A DNA stretch of 64,000 nt from Planctomycetota bacterium (GTDB lineage: Bacteria; Planctomycetota; UBA8108; SXIK01): NCBI GenBank assembly GCA_965223265.1, contig OZ244999.1, positions 4,960,001 through 5,024,000 on the forward strand, given 5' to 3'. Shown one piece after another: positions 1 through 9,729 of the stretch. The notes under the pieces are model-generated. The model made no database searches, had not been told where the DNA came from, and was given only the letters and a program-made list of their open reading frames with translations. Numbering within the stretch: position 1 is the first letter of the stretch; every line of letters starts with the position of its first letter. Made by a program: the position numbers and the translations under genes.

Positions 1-2
1 TC

Positions 3-59
3 CCAACGTCCATGCAATTCGTCTTTCACGACAACAAGTTGCAAACGGTGATACATTAG
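3..59 (+). CDS. 3' end of an upstream gene truncated by the window edge
   Basis: Open frame ...PTSMQFVFHDNKLQTVIH ends at TAG 57-59, 24 nt before the fabG start; too short to identify. Confidence 0.35.
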   Translation, partial: PTSMQFVFHDNKLQTVIH

Positions 60-83
60 AGGTGAGCGCTCGATCGCAGGCTA

Positions 84-893
84 ATGGTCGCCGACAACTC
101 GAACGCCCGTAGGAGTGCACGCGCTGACGATCCGCGCTCGGCCGAGTCGCCGAGCTCAGTGAGGCGGACAGCACTCGTCGCCGGTGCCACTGGTCCGATC
201 GGTCGTGCAGTCGCACTGGAGCTGGCACGGCGCGGCCATGCTGTGGGAGTTCACTATCGAGAACGTCGTAGCGCCGCTGACGATGTCGTCGCCGCGTGCC
301 GCGCGCATGGTGTCGACGCGTTGCCGCTTGGCGGCGACCTCACCGCGAGCCCTGACGTCGAACGGGTCTTCGCGGAGTTTGTCGCCGCCTACGGACGTAT
401 GGACGTCTTCGTCAGTTGCGTCGGCCAGGCGCGCGACGATCTTCTCTACTACCTGGAGAAGTCGACGTGGAACGACATGATCGCCAGCAACTTGACGATC
501 GTGTACGAGACCTGCCGAGAGGCCACCCGTCACATGATTGCGCAGAAGTCTGGGCGCATTGTCGCGCTTACCTCCGCCAGTGGCATCGTGGGTGTCCCTG
601 GTCAAACGCACTACGCCGCTGCCAAAGCCGGCGTGCATGGGTTCACGCGTGCTCTGGCGCGTGAGGTCGGCCGCTTTGGCATCCTCGTCAACGCTGTCGC
701 TCCGGGCGCGATCGAGTCTGCAACCATTCAATCGCTCAGCGACCAGCAGAAAAAGTGGTTGATCGACGGCACGTGCTTGCGGCGCCTTGGTCAACCCGAG
801 GAAGTCGCCGCCGTTGTCGGCTTTCTCGCTTCCCAAGAGGCGAGCTACGTGACTGGGCAGGTGTTCTCCGTTGACGGTGGCGTGACCGCGTAA
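84..893 (+). CDS. fabG: 3-oxoacyl-ACP reductase-like SDR
   Basis: GATGPIG Rossmann motif, catalytic YAAAK, VNAVAPG, and C-terminal [14 protein letters not shown]. Confidence 0.85.
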   Translation: MVADNSNARRSARADDPRSAESPSSVRRTALVAGATGPIGRAVALELARRGHAVGVHYRERRSAADDVVAACRAHGVDALPLGGDLTASPDVERVFAEFVAAYGRMDVFVSCVGQARDDLLYYLEKSTWNDMIASNLTIVYETCREATRHMIAQKSGRIVALTSASGIVGVPGQTHYAAAKAGVHGFTRALAREVGRFGILVNAVAPGAIESATIQSLSDQQKKWLIDGTCLRRLGQPEEVAAVVGFLASQEASYVTGQVFSVDGGVTA

Positions 894-936
894 CCAGGGT
901 GTCGCGGAAGACCGCTAGCGCAGGCACGGCCCCGCA

Positions 937-1599
937 TCAGCCGCGACGCGCCGAAGAGCCGGAAGACGACATGACGGCCTCCAGCTCGCCTCCACAGTAG
1001 AGGCAATCTGAACGTCCGGGAGCTGAACGCCGCTGGCACTCCGAGCAGTAAAATTCGGCTCCATCCTCCGTCGCGAAGTGCCTCACTGGAGGGCCGACGG
1101 GAACACCGATGAAACGAGCAAGAGCTTCAGTAAACGTCGCCGCCTGATCGTCATGGCTGTAGTCCGCGCCGGTCTCGACCCCGAAGCCCTTGAACTGAAG
1201 ATTGATGCGCGGTAAGTCATGCGCCTGCAACATGCCGCCAGCGAACGTAAAGAGCGGGATCTCACGGTGTGGACGCCTGAGCACGAGTTGAACGCGGAAG
1301 CGCTCGAAGCACTGGATACCGCGGGGATCACGATCGCCGCCGATCGGGATGCTCTTGAACTCCATGTCCAAGTGTGAGACGCGAGAGAATGGGATCGTCT
1401 CCTCGCGCTTTAAGAACCAAAAGTTCTTTGAAGTCACCACGACCTCACTGCGTGCGCGGTCGATTCTGACGACACGGTCATAGGAGAACAAGCTCAGGAG
1501 TCGATGCAGCACGGGCGTGCGCGCATAAAGACGCTCACCCACCGACCAGATCTGAGGTCGAGACCTGAGCAGAGAGTCAACAAACATCGGAAGCGCCAC
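937..1599 (-). CDS. Hypothetical protein with C-terminal zinc-ribbon
   Basis: 220 aa ORF downstream of the KS gene on the same strand; C-terminal CSEC-x10-CLYC. Confidence 0.65.
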   Translation of the reverse strand: MALPMFVDSLLRSRPQIWSVGERLYARTPVLHRLLSLFSYDRVVRIDRARSEVVVTSKNFWFLKREETIPFSRVSHLDMEFKSIPIGGDRDPRGIQCFERFRVQLVLRRPHREIPLFTFAGGMLQAHDLPRINLQFKGFGVETGADYSHDDQAATFTEALARFIGVPVGPPVRHFATEDGAEFYCSECQRRSAPGRSDCLYCGGELEAVMSSSGSSARRG

Positions 1600-1639
1600 G
1601 GCGAGGCCTCACTCAGAATCGGAAAGACGCACGTCCGTC

Positions 1640-4246
1640 TCAGCAGTTGACCACTCCCAGGACGAGCACCACTGCTGCGCCGGACCGATTGACCGACGAC
1701 ACTAAAGAATAGCGCAGAAAATTGCCGTCTGCCGCTCGGGGCGATTCCGAAAACTTTGGCACGTCGCCGTCGAAGGTCACATGGCGCATGCGCGCGGACA
1801 GATTACCGGACTCAAGGGCAAGGATTGCGGCGACAGCCTGGAGCACCGAGGCGCATGCGAACCCTTCACCAATGATCTCCTTTGGCGCCAAGACGTGCCG
1901 CTGGCGCCCATCGGCCAGGACGTCCCCGACTCCCTCGAGCTCGGCGACGTCGTGCGGCCCTCCCGCAGCCGATAACACAACCAAATCGATGTCGGCAGCA
2001 GCGACCTCCGCGTCGTCAAGCGCCGTACGGGTCGCCCGCTCGACGCACTCCCTGACGTGTTCATCTGCCCGCCGGCGTGCCGCCCCCCAGCCGAGAACGC
2101 AGCCCTTTCGTCGCGCCCCGGCAGGCGCCGCCGCGCCCCGCGACAGAAACAAGAGTGCAGCACCTTCCCCGAAGAGGGGCCGAATCGTACCGAATGGCGT
2201 GCCTGGCTCGGCACTCACGAGCCCTTGCTGCGCGAGCCCGGCGTGAACAAAGTCGCAGTACTCCTCTGCACCGCCCGCCAGCGCCGCGTCAATCTCGCCG
2301 AGGCGCAGACGATCGAGCGCATCACCGAGCGCGAGGAGGCCAACGTCCTCCCCACCGACCATCGCCAACGATGGACCGTGAAGACCAAAGTGGAGCGCCA
2401 CGTGACCAGGAGCGGCATTCATTACGCTCTCAGAGAAGAGCAGCGGGCTAGCGTCCCGAAGCCCCCCAAGGTACAGGCTCTCGTAGTAGTCGAAGTGGTA
2501 CTGAGCCGCGCCGAACACCGTGCCAAGCAGCACCGCAGTGCGGTTTCGCGTGTGCTCGTCGAGAGCGCTGCCCCGTGACGGCAGAAAGTCTCCCGCCTCA
2601 ACTTGCTCGTACGCCAGGTGAGCCGCCGCCACCGCAGCGAGCGAGATCGGCGCCACACGACGCAGCGAGCGCGCCGCGAGCATCTCACGCGCCGCGTCGA
2701 GCACACTCCCGAGCACGGCGGCTCGACGCGGCACAGGAACTCCGCGTGCAGAGGCTCGAGTCTCCGAAAGAAACGGCTTCCCTGAAAGAAGACCGCGGCG
2801 CAGTGCTTCGACGCCGAGCCCCCACGGCGAAACCACTCCCACACCCTCAACGACCGCCAACGCTCGCGGCGGGGTTTCAGTCCGCCGTGCGCCGTGCGCC
2901 GTCGCTCGCTGGGGACCCTGGCTGCCGGGTCTCGCCGCGAGCTCCTGAGCGTTGCCGCTCCAGCGGCCGAACACCAAGCTCACGTTCGAACCTCCGAAGC
3001 CGAACGAATTCGACATGGCATAGCGCAGCAACGCCGGTCGGCTGTCAGGGACGACATCGAGGTCGGAGAAGCCCGGATCGAGCTCGTCGACATCGAGCGT
3101 CGGCGGCAGAGTCTGTTGCTGCAGCGACATGAGAGTCACCGCGGCTTCGACGGTTCCCGCGGCGCCCAGCGTATGCCCAAAAAACGGCTTGGATGAACTC
3201 ACCGGAAGGGCGACAAGTCGGTCGCCAAACACCTGGCGCATCGCCGCCACCTCAGCAGAGTCGTTCGCGCGTGTGCCGGTGCCATGGCAGTTGATGTAGT
3301 CGATCGCCTGCGGCGAAAGCTCCGCCCCCTCAAGCGCGCTACGCATCGCGGCAGCCGCCCCTGCTCCGTGCGGGTGCGGCTGCGTTAAGTGATGCGCGTC
3401 CGTCGACTCACCATAACCAACGAGCAGAGCTGCAGGCTCGCCACCGCGGGCGAGGGCATCCTCGAGTCGCTCGAGAACGATCGCCGCGTAGCCGTCACCG
3501 AGCAGCATCCCATCGCGATTCTTACTGAACGGACGCATCGCGGTAGTACTGAGCGCTTTCAGTGATCCGAACCCTGCGAAGGTGAACACGCTGAGCGGAT
3601 CGAATCCGAGCGCAACGACAACATCTGCGCGCCCAAGCTGCAGCCAGCGGGCGGCTGTTGAGACGCTGCTGCCGCCAGCAGCACAGGCGTTGGAAACCAG
3701 CACCGCCGCTGTATCGACCCCAACGGCTGCAGCAATGCTGTTGAGTTGGTTGTCGACGTAATAGCCTTCGAGGAGGCGATAGTCCGCGGCGCTGGCGCCG
3801 CGCGAGGCGTAGTCCGCAAAGAAGGCATCAGCCGTCGATGACCCAGCCAGCGAGCTACCGACAACGAGCGCCAACCGCGACGACCGCGCTGCGCGAGTCG
3901 ATTCCAACCGCGCTTGTGCGAAAGCCTCCTGCACGACTCGGCGCAGCTGCTCGGTCTCGACCGGACCGCTCGCGCTCGAGTCGCCCGTGCATTCGGAGCA
4001 CGCATCACCTTCACTCCACGGGCCAGCAATCCCCGATGAGCTCTCGGCGAGGAACGGAGCGGCCGCTCCCGGCGCCGGGGCCTCGCCCCCCAGACGCACC
4101 GGATAGTCGCCGACCTCGAAACGCCGGATCTGACGCAGTCCGGCTTCGCCGGCAGAGATCGCCCGCCAGTTGACGTCCTTGCCCACCCCCAAAGCCGTCG
4201 TCAACCCGTAACCAGAAACCGCGATCGGTCGCACCGGCACCTTCAC
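1640..4246 (-). CDS. Di-domain beta-ketoacyl synthase: active FabF-like KS fused to a catalytically degenerate CLF-like KS domain
   Basis: Domain 1 has SNACAAG, HGTGT, GHTLGAAG and SNSFGFGG. Domain 2 restarts with VVEGVGVVSPWG and lacks the Cys/His/His triad (GGEDVG, AAGG, GEGF). Confidence 0.85.
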   Translation of the reverse strand: MKVPVRPIAVSGYGLTTALGVGKDVNWRAISAGEAGLRQIRRFEVGDYPVRLGGEAPAPGAAAPFLAESSSGIAGPWSEGDACSECTGDSSASGPVETEQLRRVVQEAFAQARLESTRAARSSRLALVVGSSLAGSSTADAFFADYASRGASAADYRLLEGYYVDNQLNSIAAAVGVDTAAVLVSNACAAGGSSVSTAARWLQLGRADVVVALGFDPLSVFTFAGFGSLKALSTTAMRPFSKNRDGMLLGDGYAAIVLERLEDALARGGEPAALLVGYGESTDAHHLTQPHPHGAGAAAAMRSALEGAELSPQAIDYINCHGTGTRANDSAEVAAMRQVFGDRLVALPVSSSKPFFGHTLGAAGTVEAAVTLMSLQQQTLPPTLDVDELDPGFSDLDVVPDSRPALLRYAMSNSFGFGGSNVSLVFGRWSGNAQELAARPGSQGPQRATAHGARRTETPPRALAVVEGVGVVSPWGLGVEALRRGLLSGKPFLSETRASARGVPVPRRAAVLGSVLDAAREMLAARSLRRVAPISLAAVAAAHLAYEQVEAGDFLPSRGSALDEHTRNRTAVLLGTVFGAAQYHFDYYESLYLGGLRDASPLLFSESVMNAAPGHVALHFGLHGPSLAMVGGEDVGLLALGDALDRLRLGEIDAALAGGAEEYCDFVHAGLAQQGLVSAEPGTPFGTIRPLFGEGAALLFLSRGAAAPAGARRKGCVLGWGAARRRADEHVRECVERATRTALDDAEVAAADIDLVVLSAAGGPHDVAELEGVGDVLADGRQRHVLAPKEIIGEGFACASVLQAVAAILALESGNLSARMRHVTFDGDVPKFSESPRAADGNFLRYSLVSSVNRSGAAVVLVLGVVNC

Positions 4247-4457
4247 TCCTCGTCAAGATTTCTCCCGCCGCGACGCCGCGGCGCGACGGGCGGATTATAG
4301 GTGATGCGCGGGCGGAGAGTCTTGTCCGTTTCCACGCCAGGGCAGCGTCCGCTTTGGTGCCCGCCACCGGGGTCCGAGTTCGAGGCCAGTTCGAGGCCAG
4401 GTTCGAGACGGGGGCCGCGATTCGTGGGTGTGGCGGTTTGCGAGTGCGAGTGCGAGT

Positions 4458-4971
4458 GCGTGGGCGTGGGCGTGGGCGTGGATCCTCGAGCGCCTGGCGC
4501 TTCTGTGCCTGATCTTCGTTGGCTTCGTTGGCTTCTGTTCAAGATTCAAGAGATCAGAGTTGAACCGAAGGAAGCCAAGTCAACGAAGGAAGACCGTCCA
4601 AACGAGCACGCAACGTCGCGTGTCGTCCGGTCTGGCACACTCCGACCCCATTGAAAAAAGAGAGAAAAGCGCTTCAAGGCCATGCGCGTTTGCGTTTGCG
4701 TTTGCGTTTGCGTTTGCGTGGGCGCTTGCGTGAGCGCTTGCGTGAGCGTTTGCGTGGGCGTGGGCGTGGGCGTGGGCGTGGGCGTGGGCGTGGGCGTGAG
4801 CGTTTGCGTGAGCGTTTGCGTGAGCGTTTGCGTGGGCGTGGGCGTGGGCGTGGATCCTCGAGCGCCTGGCGCTTCTGAGCCCGATCTTCGTTGGCTTCGT
4901 TGGCTTCTGTTCAAGATTCAAGAGATCAGAACAAGAGTTGAACAGAAGCAAGCCAAGTCAACGAAGGAAGA
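4458..4971. repeat. Two ~135-140 bp direct repeats (4458-4593, 4830-4971), each with an internal imperfect inverted repeat, bracketing a hexamer array
   Basis: Both copies read GCGTGGGCGTGGATCCTCGAGCGCCTGGCGCTTCTG...CTTCGTTGGCTTCGTTGGCTTCTGTTCAAGATTCAAGAGATCAGA...AAGCCAAGTCAACGAAGGAAGA. Confidence 0.9.
4686..4853. repeat. Hexanucleotide tandem array (~28 units, GCGTTT/GCGTGG/GCGTGA/GCGCTT)
   Basis: Directly visible; a related TCTGTC-type run lies at ~5010-5072. Confidence 0.95.
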
Positions 4972-5147
4972 AGGCGTGGGCGTGGGAGCACTGCCACGCT
5001 GCTTCTGACTCGGTATCTGTCTCTGTCTCCGTATCTGAGTCTGTATCTGCATCTGTCTCTGTCTCCGCATCTGATCCGCTCCCGCCTCAGCATCACTCTT
5101 CACAACACCCGACAGCCAGCTGGCCATCACCCCACCCGCGACGTACT

Positions 5148-6158
5148 ATGGCGCCTCCCATCGACATCGGAGCTTCCCGCGTGCCTCAGAATTCACCAAC
5201 AGCCCTTAGTGCGCACCGCGCGCCCCGCTCGCACTCGGGCCAACGCCCTACGCTTCGGCGACGTGCTGCGCTCTTCGTGGCGCGTCCGTTCTTCGCACTG
5301 GCGTTTGTTGTTGCTCGTGTGTTGCCGCGACGCTCCGCCCTCAGCGTGGCCCGCGCATGCGCCCGGGGCGCGTTCTATCTGTTCCCCGGCGTCCGATCGA
5401 ATCTCCTCTCGAACGCTGCCCACCTGCTTGGCGCGGAGAGCTCCGCGCACGATCGTCGAAAACTCGCGAAAGGCGTTCTCGAGAGCTTTTCGCGCTTCAT
5501 CATGGAATGGGTCTCGCCTCGCTGCGGTCCCGCGAGCGGCGAGCTCTTCACGCGAGCCTTGGGCAAGGAACATCTGTTGGCTGCTCTCGAGTCAGGCTCC
5601 GGTGCCATCGCTGTCACGGTGCACATGGGAAACTACGAACTTCCCGCCCGCGAGCTCGCGGCCGTGCGCGACGACGTCGCGATCGTCTTCGAGCGCGAAC
5701 GGGTGGGATTTCTTGAAGCTGCGCGTTCGAAGCGGCGACGGGATGTTCAACTCGATGAGATCGTCGTCGACTCCTCGCCATTTTTCTCGCTTGAGATCGC
5801 TGCGCGCCTGCGACGCGGCGGGATCGTCCTGCTCGCCGCCGATCACGTGGCGCGTGAACCAAGCGTCACCTTGCCGTTTTTCAACAGTCCCGCGCGGCTC
5901 TCCCTCTGGCCTGCACGACTTTCGATCGCCAGCCGCGCACCTCTTGTCCCTGCGGTCTGTGTTCTCAACGGCAGTGACGAGTACGTCCTCTCAGTTCAGC
6001 CGCCAATCCGTCCGCAGACTCACAGCTCCGCCGAAGCGATGACGCGCGAGCTCGCCGGGGTCCTCGAACGCTTCATCGCCGCTGCTCCAGATCAATGGCT
6101 GATGGTGCACCGGTTCTGGCCCTCTCCGATCGATGCGAGTCGATCAGCGACGCGTTGA
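5148..6158 (+). CDS. LpxL/HtrB-family (lysophospholipid) acyltransferase
   Basis: HMGNYE acyltransferase motif, VLLAADH, PARLS...APLVP, and C-terminal PDQWLM..RFW. Start taken at in-frame ATG 5148 because the upstream extension is repeat-derived. Confidence 0.85.
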   Translation: MAPPIDIGASRVPQNSPTALSAHRAPRSHSGQRPTLRRRAALFVARPFFALAFVVARVLPRRSALSVARACARGAFYLFPGVRSNLLSNAAHLLGAESSAHDRRKLAKGVLESFSRFIMEWVSPRCGPASGELFTRALGKEHLLAALESGSGAIAVTVHMGNYELPARELAAVRDDVAIVFERERVGFLEAARSKRRRDVQLDEIVVDSSPFFSLEIAARLRRGGIVLLAADHVAREPSVTLPFFNSPARLSLWPARLSIASRAPLVPAVCVLNGSDEYVLSVQPPIRPQTHSSAEAMTRELAGVLERFIAAAPDQWLMVHRFWPSPIDASRSATR

Positions 6159-6238
6159 GGCCAGTCGCGATCAGTTCAAAGCATGCTATCAGCTTCTCAG
6201 ATGTTTCACTATACCGTGGAACTTGGCTGCCGCGTCAA

Positions 6239-6388
6239 CAGCTCACTCAAAAGTCCGAGAAGCTGGCTTTTCACGCCCGATTCAACCGCGTTATCACTCA
6301 GAAGTCTCAGAGATCGCCTGCGTTTGCCGCGGCCGATCTGGACGCGAAGAGACCAGTTCCAGGGTCAACTCACTTTTTCAACAGGCTG
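6239..6388 (-). mobile_element. MITE family 1, copy 1 (one TIR degenerate)
   Basis: Reverse complement matches the copies at 9513, 40011 and 48686; flanked by TCAA/TCAA direct repeat. Confidence 0.8.
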
Positions 6389-6444
6389 TCAAGGAATCGA
6401 ATGGGGCTTCCGATATACTGAGCTCGTAGAGACTATCATTCGAA

Positions 6445-8670
6445 ATGGCAACAAAACAGCAGACAACGTTGACCCACGTCAGAACGAATGAGCTCGAAGA
6501 GCTCGTCGGCGGTACCCATGGAAATCCGTTCGCAATCCTTGGTCCGCACGTGTCCGAGCTCGAGGGCCAGACCAAGCTCGCCGTGCGCGTCTGGATTCCG
6601 GGGGCCGCAAAGGTCTGGCTGATCCCTCGCGATGCCGAGAAGACGGCGATCGAGTTCGAAAAGGCGCATGACGCTGGCTACTTTGAATGTCTCATCGGCC
6701 CGGTAGGCACCGAGTTTAGATACGGTCTACGAGTCGAAGATGGCGATGGTCAGCGGTGGGAAGCCGAGGATCCGTATCGATTTGGGCGCGTTCTAACAGA
6801 TTTCGACCTCCACCTTCTCGGTGAAGGCTCGCACTACAAGAATTATGAGAAGCTAGGTGCCCATAAAATTGAGCTCGACGGAGTGAGCGGTGTTCACTTC
6901 GCGGTCTGGGCTCCCAACGCAGCACGCGTCAGTGTCGTCGGTGACTTCAATAACTGGGACGGCAGACGTCACGGCATGCGGCACCTTGGCGCTAGCGGAA
7001 TCTGGGAGATCTTTTTGCCGGGTCTCTGCGAGGGCGACATCTACAAGTTCGAAATCTTAACGGCTGAGCATTCCGTTCTGCTGAAGGGCGACCCGTACGG
7101 AACGGCCACAGAGGTGCGCCCCAAGACTGCCAACGTTGTCTTCGACATCGAGCAGTACGCGTGGCGCGACGACAACTGGCTACACGAGAGACGAGCAGCG
7201 AGGAACGCCCTCGATGCGCCGATGTCGATCTACGAAGTTCACTTGGGCTCGTGGAAGCGAGGCGAAGGCAACCACTACATCAGCTACCGCGACCTCGCGA
7301 CCGACCTGATCCCATACGCCAAGGACATGGGGTTCACCCATATCGAACTGCTCCCGATTTTGGAGCATCCGTTCGACGGTTCCTGGGGCTATCAAGCCCT
7401 GGGCTACTTCGCACCGACAAGCCGGTTCGGTACGCCGACCGAGTTCATGCGCTTCGTCGATGCGTGCCACCAAGCTGACCTCGGGGTCATCCTCGATTGG
7501 GTTCCGGCACATTTCCCGCGAGACGAACACGGGCTGCGGAACTTCGATGGAACACAGCTCTTCGAACACGCGGACCCACGTCAAGGAGAGCATCGCGACT
7601 GGGGCACGATGATCTTCAACTACGGACGCAACGAAGTTTCGAACTTTCTTCTCGGCAACGCGCTCTTTTGGCTCGACAAGTACCACCTCGACGGCTTCCG
7701 CGTCGATGCTGTCGCCTCGATGCTCTACCTCGACTACTCCAAGGAAGACGGGGATTGGATCCCCAACAAGTATGGCGGCAAGGAGAATATCGAAGCCATC
7801 GACTTTCTCCGACGGTTTAACGAGCTTTGCCACGCACACCACCCTGGCGTCCTCACCATCGCAGAGGAGTCGACCGCGTGGAACGGAGTCTCTCGACCGA
7901 CCTACGCTGGCGGACTCGGATTCAGTCTGAAGTGGAACATGGGCTGGATGAATGACGTCCTCGAGTACTTCTCAAAGGACTCCATCTACCGCAAGTATCA
8001 CCACCAGAACCTGACTTTCGCGATGCTGTACGCCTACAGCGAAAACTTCCTGCTGCCGGTTTCACACGACGAAGTCGTGCACGGGAAGCGCTCGCTCCTC
8101 GACAAGATGCCGGGGGACGGCTGGCAGAAGTTCGCAAACCTTCGCGCCTTTTTTGGCTTCCAGTTCGCTTTCCCTGGAAAGAAGCTGATCTTTATGGGGT
8201 CGGAGTTTGCCCAAGGACGAGAGTGGGACTGCGACCAGAGTCTCGACTGGCATCTTCTCGACGTCGACGCGCATCGGGGCGTTCACCAGCTCGTGCGCGA
8301 CCTCAACCGTCTCTACCAGCGCGAGAAAGCTCTCCACGAAGTCGATTTTCATTGGGACGGATTCGAGTGGATCGACTGCAACGACGCCGAACAGAGCGTC
8401 GTGTCGTTTCTGCGGCGTGGTCACTCTCACGAAGACGAGGTCGTCGTCCTCCTCAATTTGACACCGACGCCACGTTACAACTACCGCATCGGTGTTCCGC
8501 GCTCTGGCTATTATCGTGAAATCCTGAACACTGATTCAGAGCTCTACGGCGGGAGCAACCTTGGAAACGGCGGTGGGACTCACGCCGAGGCCACGCCGAT
8601 GCACAACCAGGGATGGTCGCTCGAGCTCACCCTGCCGCCTCTGAGCTGCTTGATTCTGAAGCGGGCTTGA
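6445..8670 (+). CDS. glgB: 1,4-alpha-glucan branching enzyme (GH13)
   Basis: [44 protein letters not shown] and SHDEVVHGK motifs. Confidence 0.97.
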   Translation: MATKQQTTLTHVRTNELEELVGGTHGNPFAILGPHVSELEGQTKLAVRVWIPGAAKVWLIPRDAEKTAIEFEKAHDAGYFECLIGPVGTEFRYGLRVEDGDGQRWEAEDPYRFGRVLTDFDLHLLGEGSHYKNYEKLGAHKIELDGVSGVHFAVWAPNAARVSVVGDFNNWDGRRHGMRHLGASGIWEIFLPGLCEGDIYKFEILTAEHSVLLKGDPYGTATEVRPKTANVVFDIEQYAWRDDNWLHERRAARNALDAPMSIYEVHLGSWKRGEGNHYISYRDLATDLIPYAKDMGFTHIELLPILEHPFDGSWGYQALGYFAPTSRFGTPTEFMRFVDACHQADLGVILDWVPAHFPRDEHGLRNFDGTQLFEHADPRQGEHRDWGTMIFNYGRNEVSNFLLGNALFWLDKYHLDGFRVDAVASMLYLDYSKEDGDWIPNKYGGKENIEAIDFLRRFNELCHAHHPGVLTIAEESTAWNGVSRPTYAGGLGFSLKWNMGWMNDVLEYFSKDSIYRKYHHQNLTFAMLYAYSENFLLPVSHDEVVHGKRSLLDKMPGDGWQKFANLRAFFGFQFAFPGKKLIFMGSEFAQGREWDCDQSLDWHLLDVDAHRGVHQLVRDLNRLYQREKALHEVDFHWDGFEWIDCNDAEQSVVSFLRRGHSHEDEVVVLLNLTPTPRYNYRIGVPRSGYYREILNTDSELYGGSNLGNGGGTHAEATPMHNQGWSLELTLPPLSCLILKRA

Positions 8671-8749
8671 GAGCTTTAGAGCGTGGGGGTGCGTGAGTGT
8701 GCGTAGGCGTGGGCGTTCTCTGTTTCTGTCTCCGCCGCTCTCCCGCGGC

Positions 8750-9487
8750 TTACCGCTTCGCGGTCGCGCCGACTTCAACCGTCTTGGTGCCGGCTGGCAC
8801 GTCGAGTCGAAACCTTCGCTGCGACACTTTGACGTTGGTTTGCCACTTCACGACCTCAAGGTGAACCTCGTTGCCGCCGCGCTCGCGCTGGTGGTACTCG
8901 ACGACGCGATGATCCTTGAGGGCGAGGCGGATCGACTCGAGCGGCGAATCGACGGCCCGTGGCCGTAGATCCAGCGTCACGCTGTCGTCGCCGGCTTCGT
9001 CCAACTCGTGACTGCCAGACCTCTGGCGTTGCATCTTGATTGCGTAGAGATCGATGGTCTTCTGCCAGTCTCCAGTGAGAAACGGGATCGCCTGGGTCGT
9101 TTTCGCCTCTCTTCCGCCGCCCACTCGTAAGTCCATCACCTCGAGGCGCTTGAGCGCGGGATAGAAAATCCGCAAACGACCGTCTGCGGCAACCAAGTGA
9201 CTCTCGACAGCGCCCTTCTCGCTGCGAACGATCATCGCGAGGCGCCCGTCGCTGTACCACAGTTCGCCGCGCGAACGCCGTGGGCGCCGAAGAAACTTGA
9301 GTCTCTTCTCCTGACGAAAGTGAAGCGCGATCGACGTCAGCTCACGAGACTTCGCCTCGAGCTGAGCCAGGTACTCACGCACTTCGGGAGCGACGCCCTC
9401 TGCACTCGGCGCGTCCGGCGCGTCCGGCGTGCCGTGTAGCAGCGAAGCGATAGAAATCAAAGCCATGAGAAACAAACGACGCGCCAT
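8750..9487 (-). CDS. LolA-like outer-membrane lipoprotein carrier protein
   Basis: Signal peptide MARRLFLMALISIAS after a GGAGG RBS; FRQEK...SRGELW, and C-terminal NVKVSQRRFRLDVPAG. The upstream ORF extension runs through a MITE. Confidence 0.75.
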   Translation of the reverse strand: MARRLFLMALISIASLLHGTPDAPDAPSAEGVAPEVREYLAQLEAKSRELTSIALHFRQEKRLKFLRRPRRSRGELWYSDGRLAMIVRSEKGAVESHLVAADGRLRIFYPALKRLEVMDLRVGGGREAKTTQAIPFLTGDWQKTIDLYAIKMQRQRSGSHELDEAGDDSVTLDLRPRAVDSPLESIRLALKDHRVVEYHQRERGGNEVHLEVVKWQTNVKVSQRRFRLDVPAGTKTVEVGATAKR

Positions 9488-9512
9488 GTCACCTCCGTCT
9501 GAGCGGGTGTAG

Positions 9513-9691
9513 CAGTCTGCCTGAAAAGGTGCTTCGAGCCGAAAACTGGCCTCTTCGCGCCCAAATCGGCGGCGGCAAACGCAGGCAATCTTCGGGCCCT
9601 CTTCTGTCGATTCTGATGGCGCGTATTGACGCGGCCCGTCTGGGCGTGAAGACGCCAGTTTCTTCGGCCGAATGACTTTTTCAGGCGGCTG
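9513..9691 (+). mobile_element. MITE family 1, copy 2
   Basis: CAG...CTG termini with TIRs; flanked by GTAG/GTAG direct repeat; lies between the MMPL and LolA genes. Confidence 0.85.
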
Positions 9692-9729
9692 GTAGGAGAA
9701 CGCAGTCACGCGCGAAACGCAAGACGTCG

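Noticed and set aside
4243-5130. ORFs with PT/HA/VC/RG dipeptide repeats (also 51727-52627)
   Set aside because: Hexamer arrays are open in most frames on both strands; no RBS or domain support, so treated as repeat artefacts
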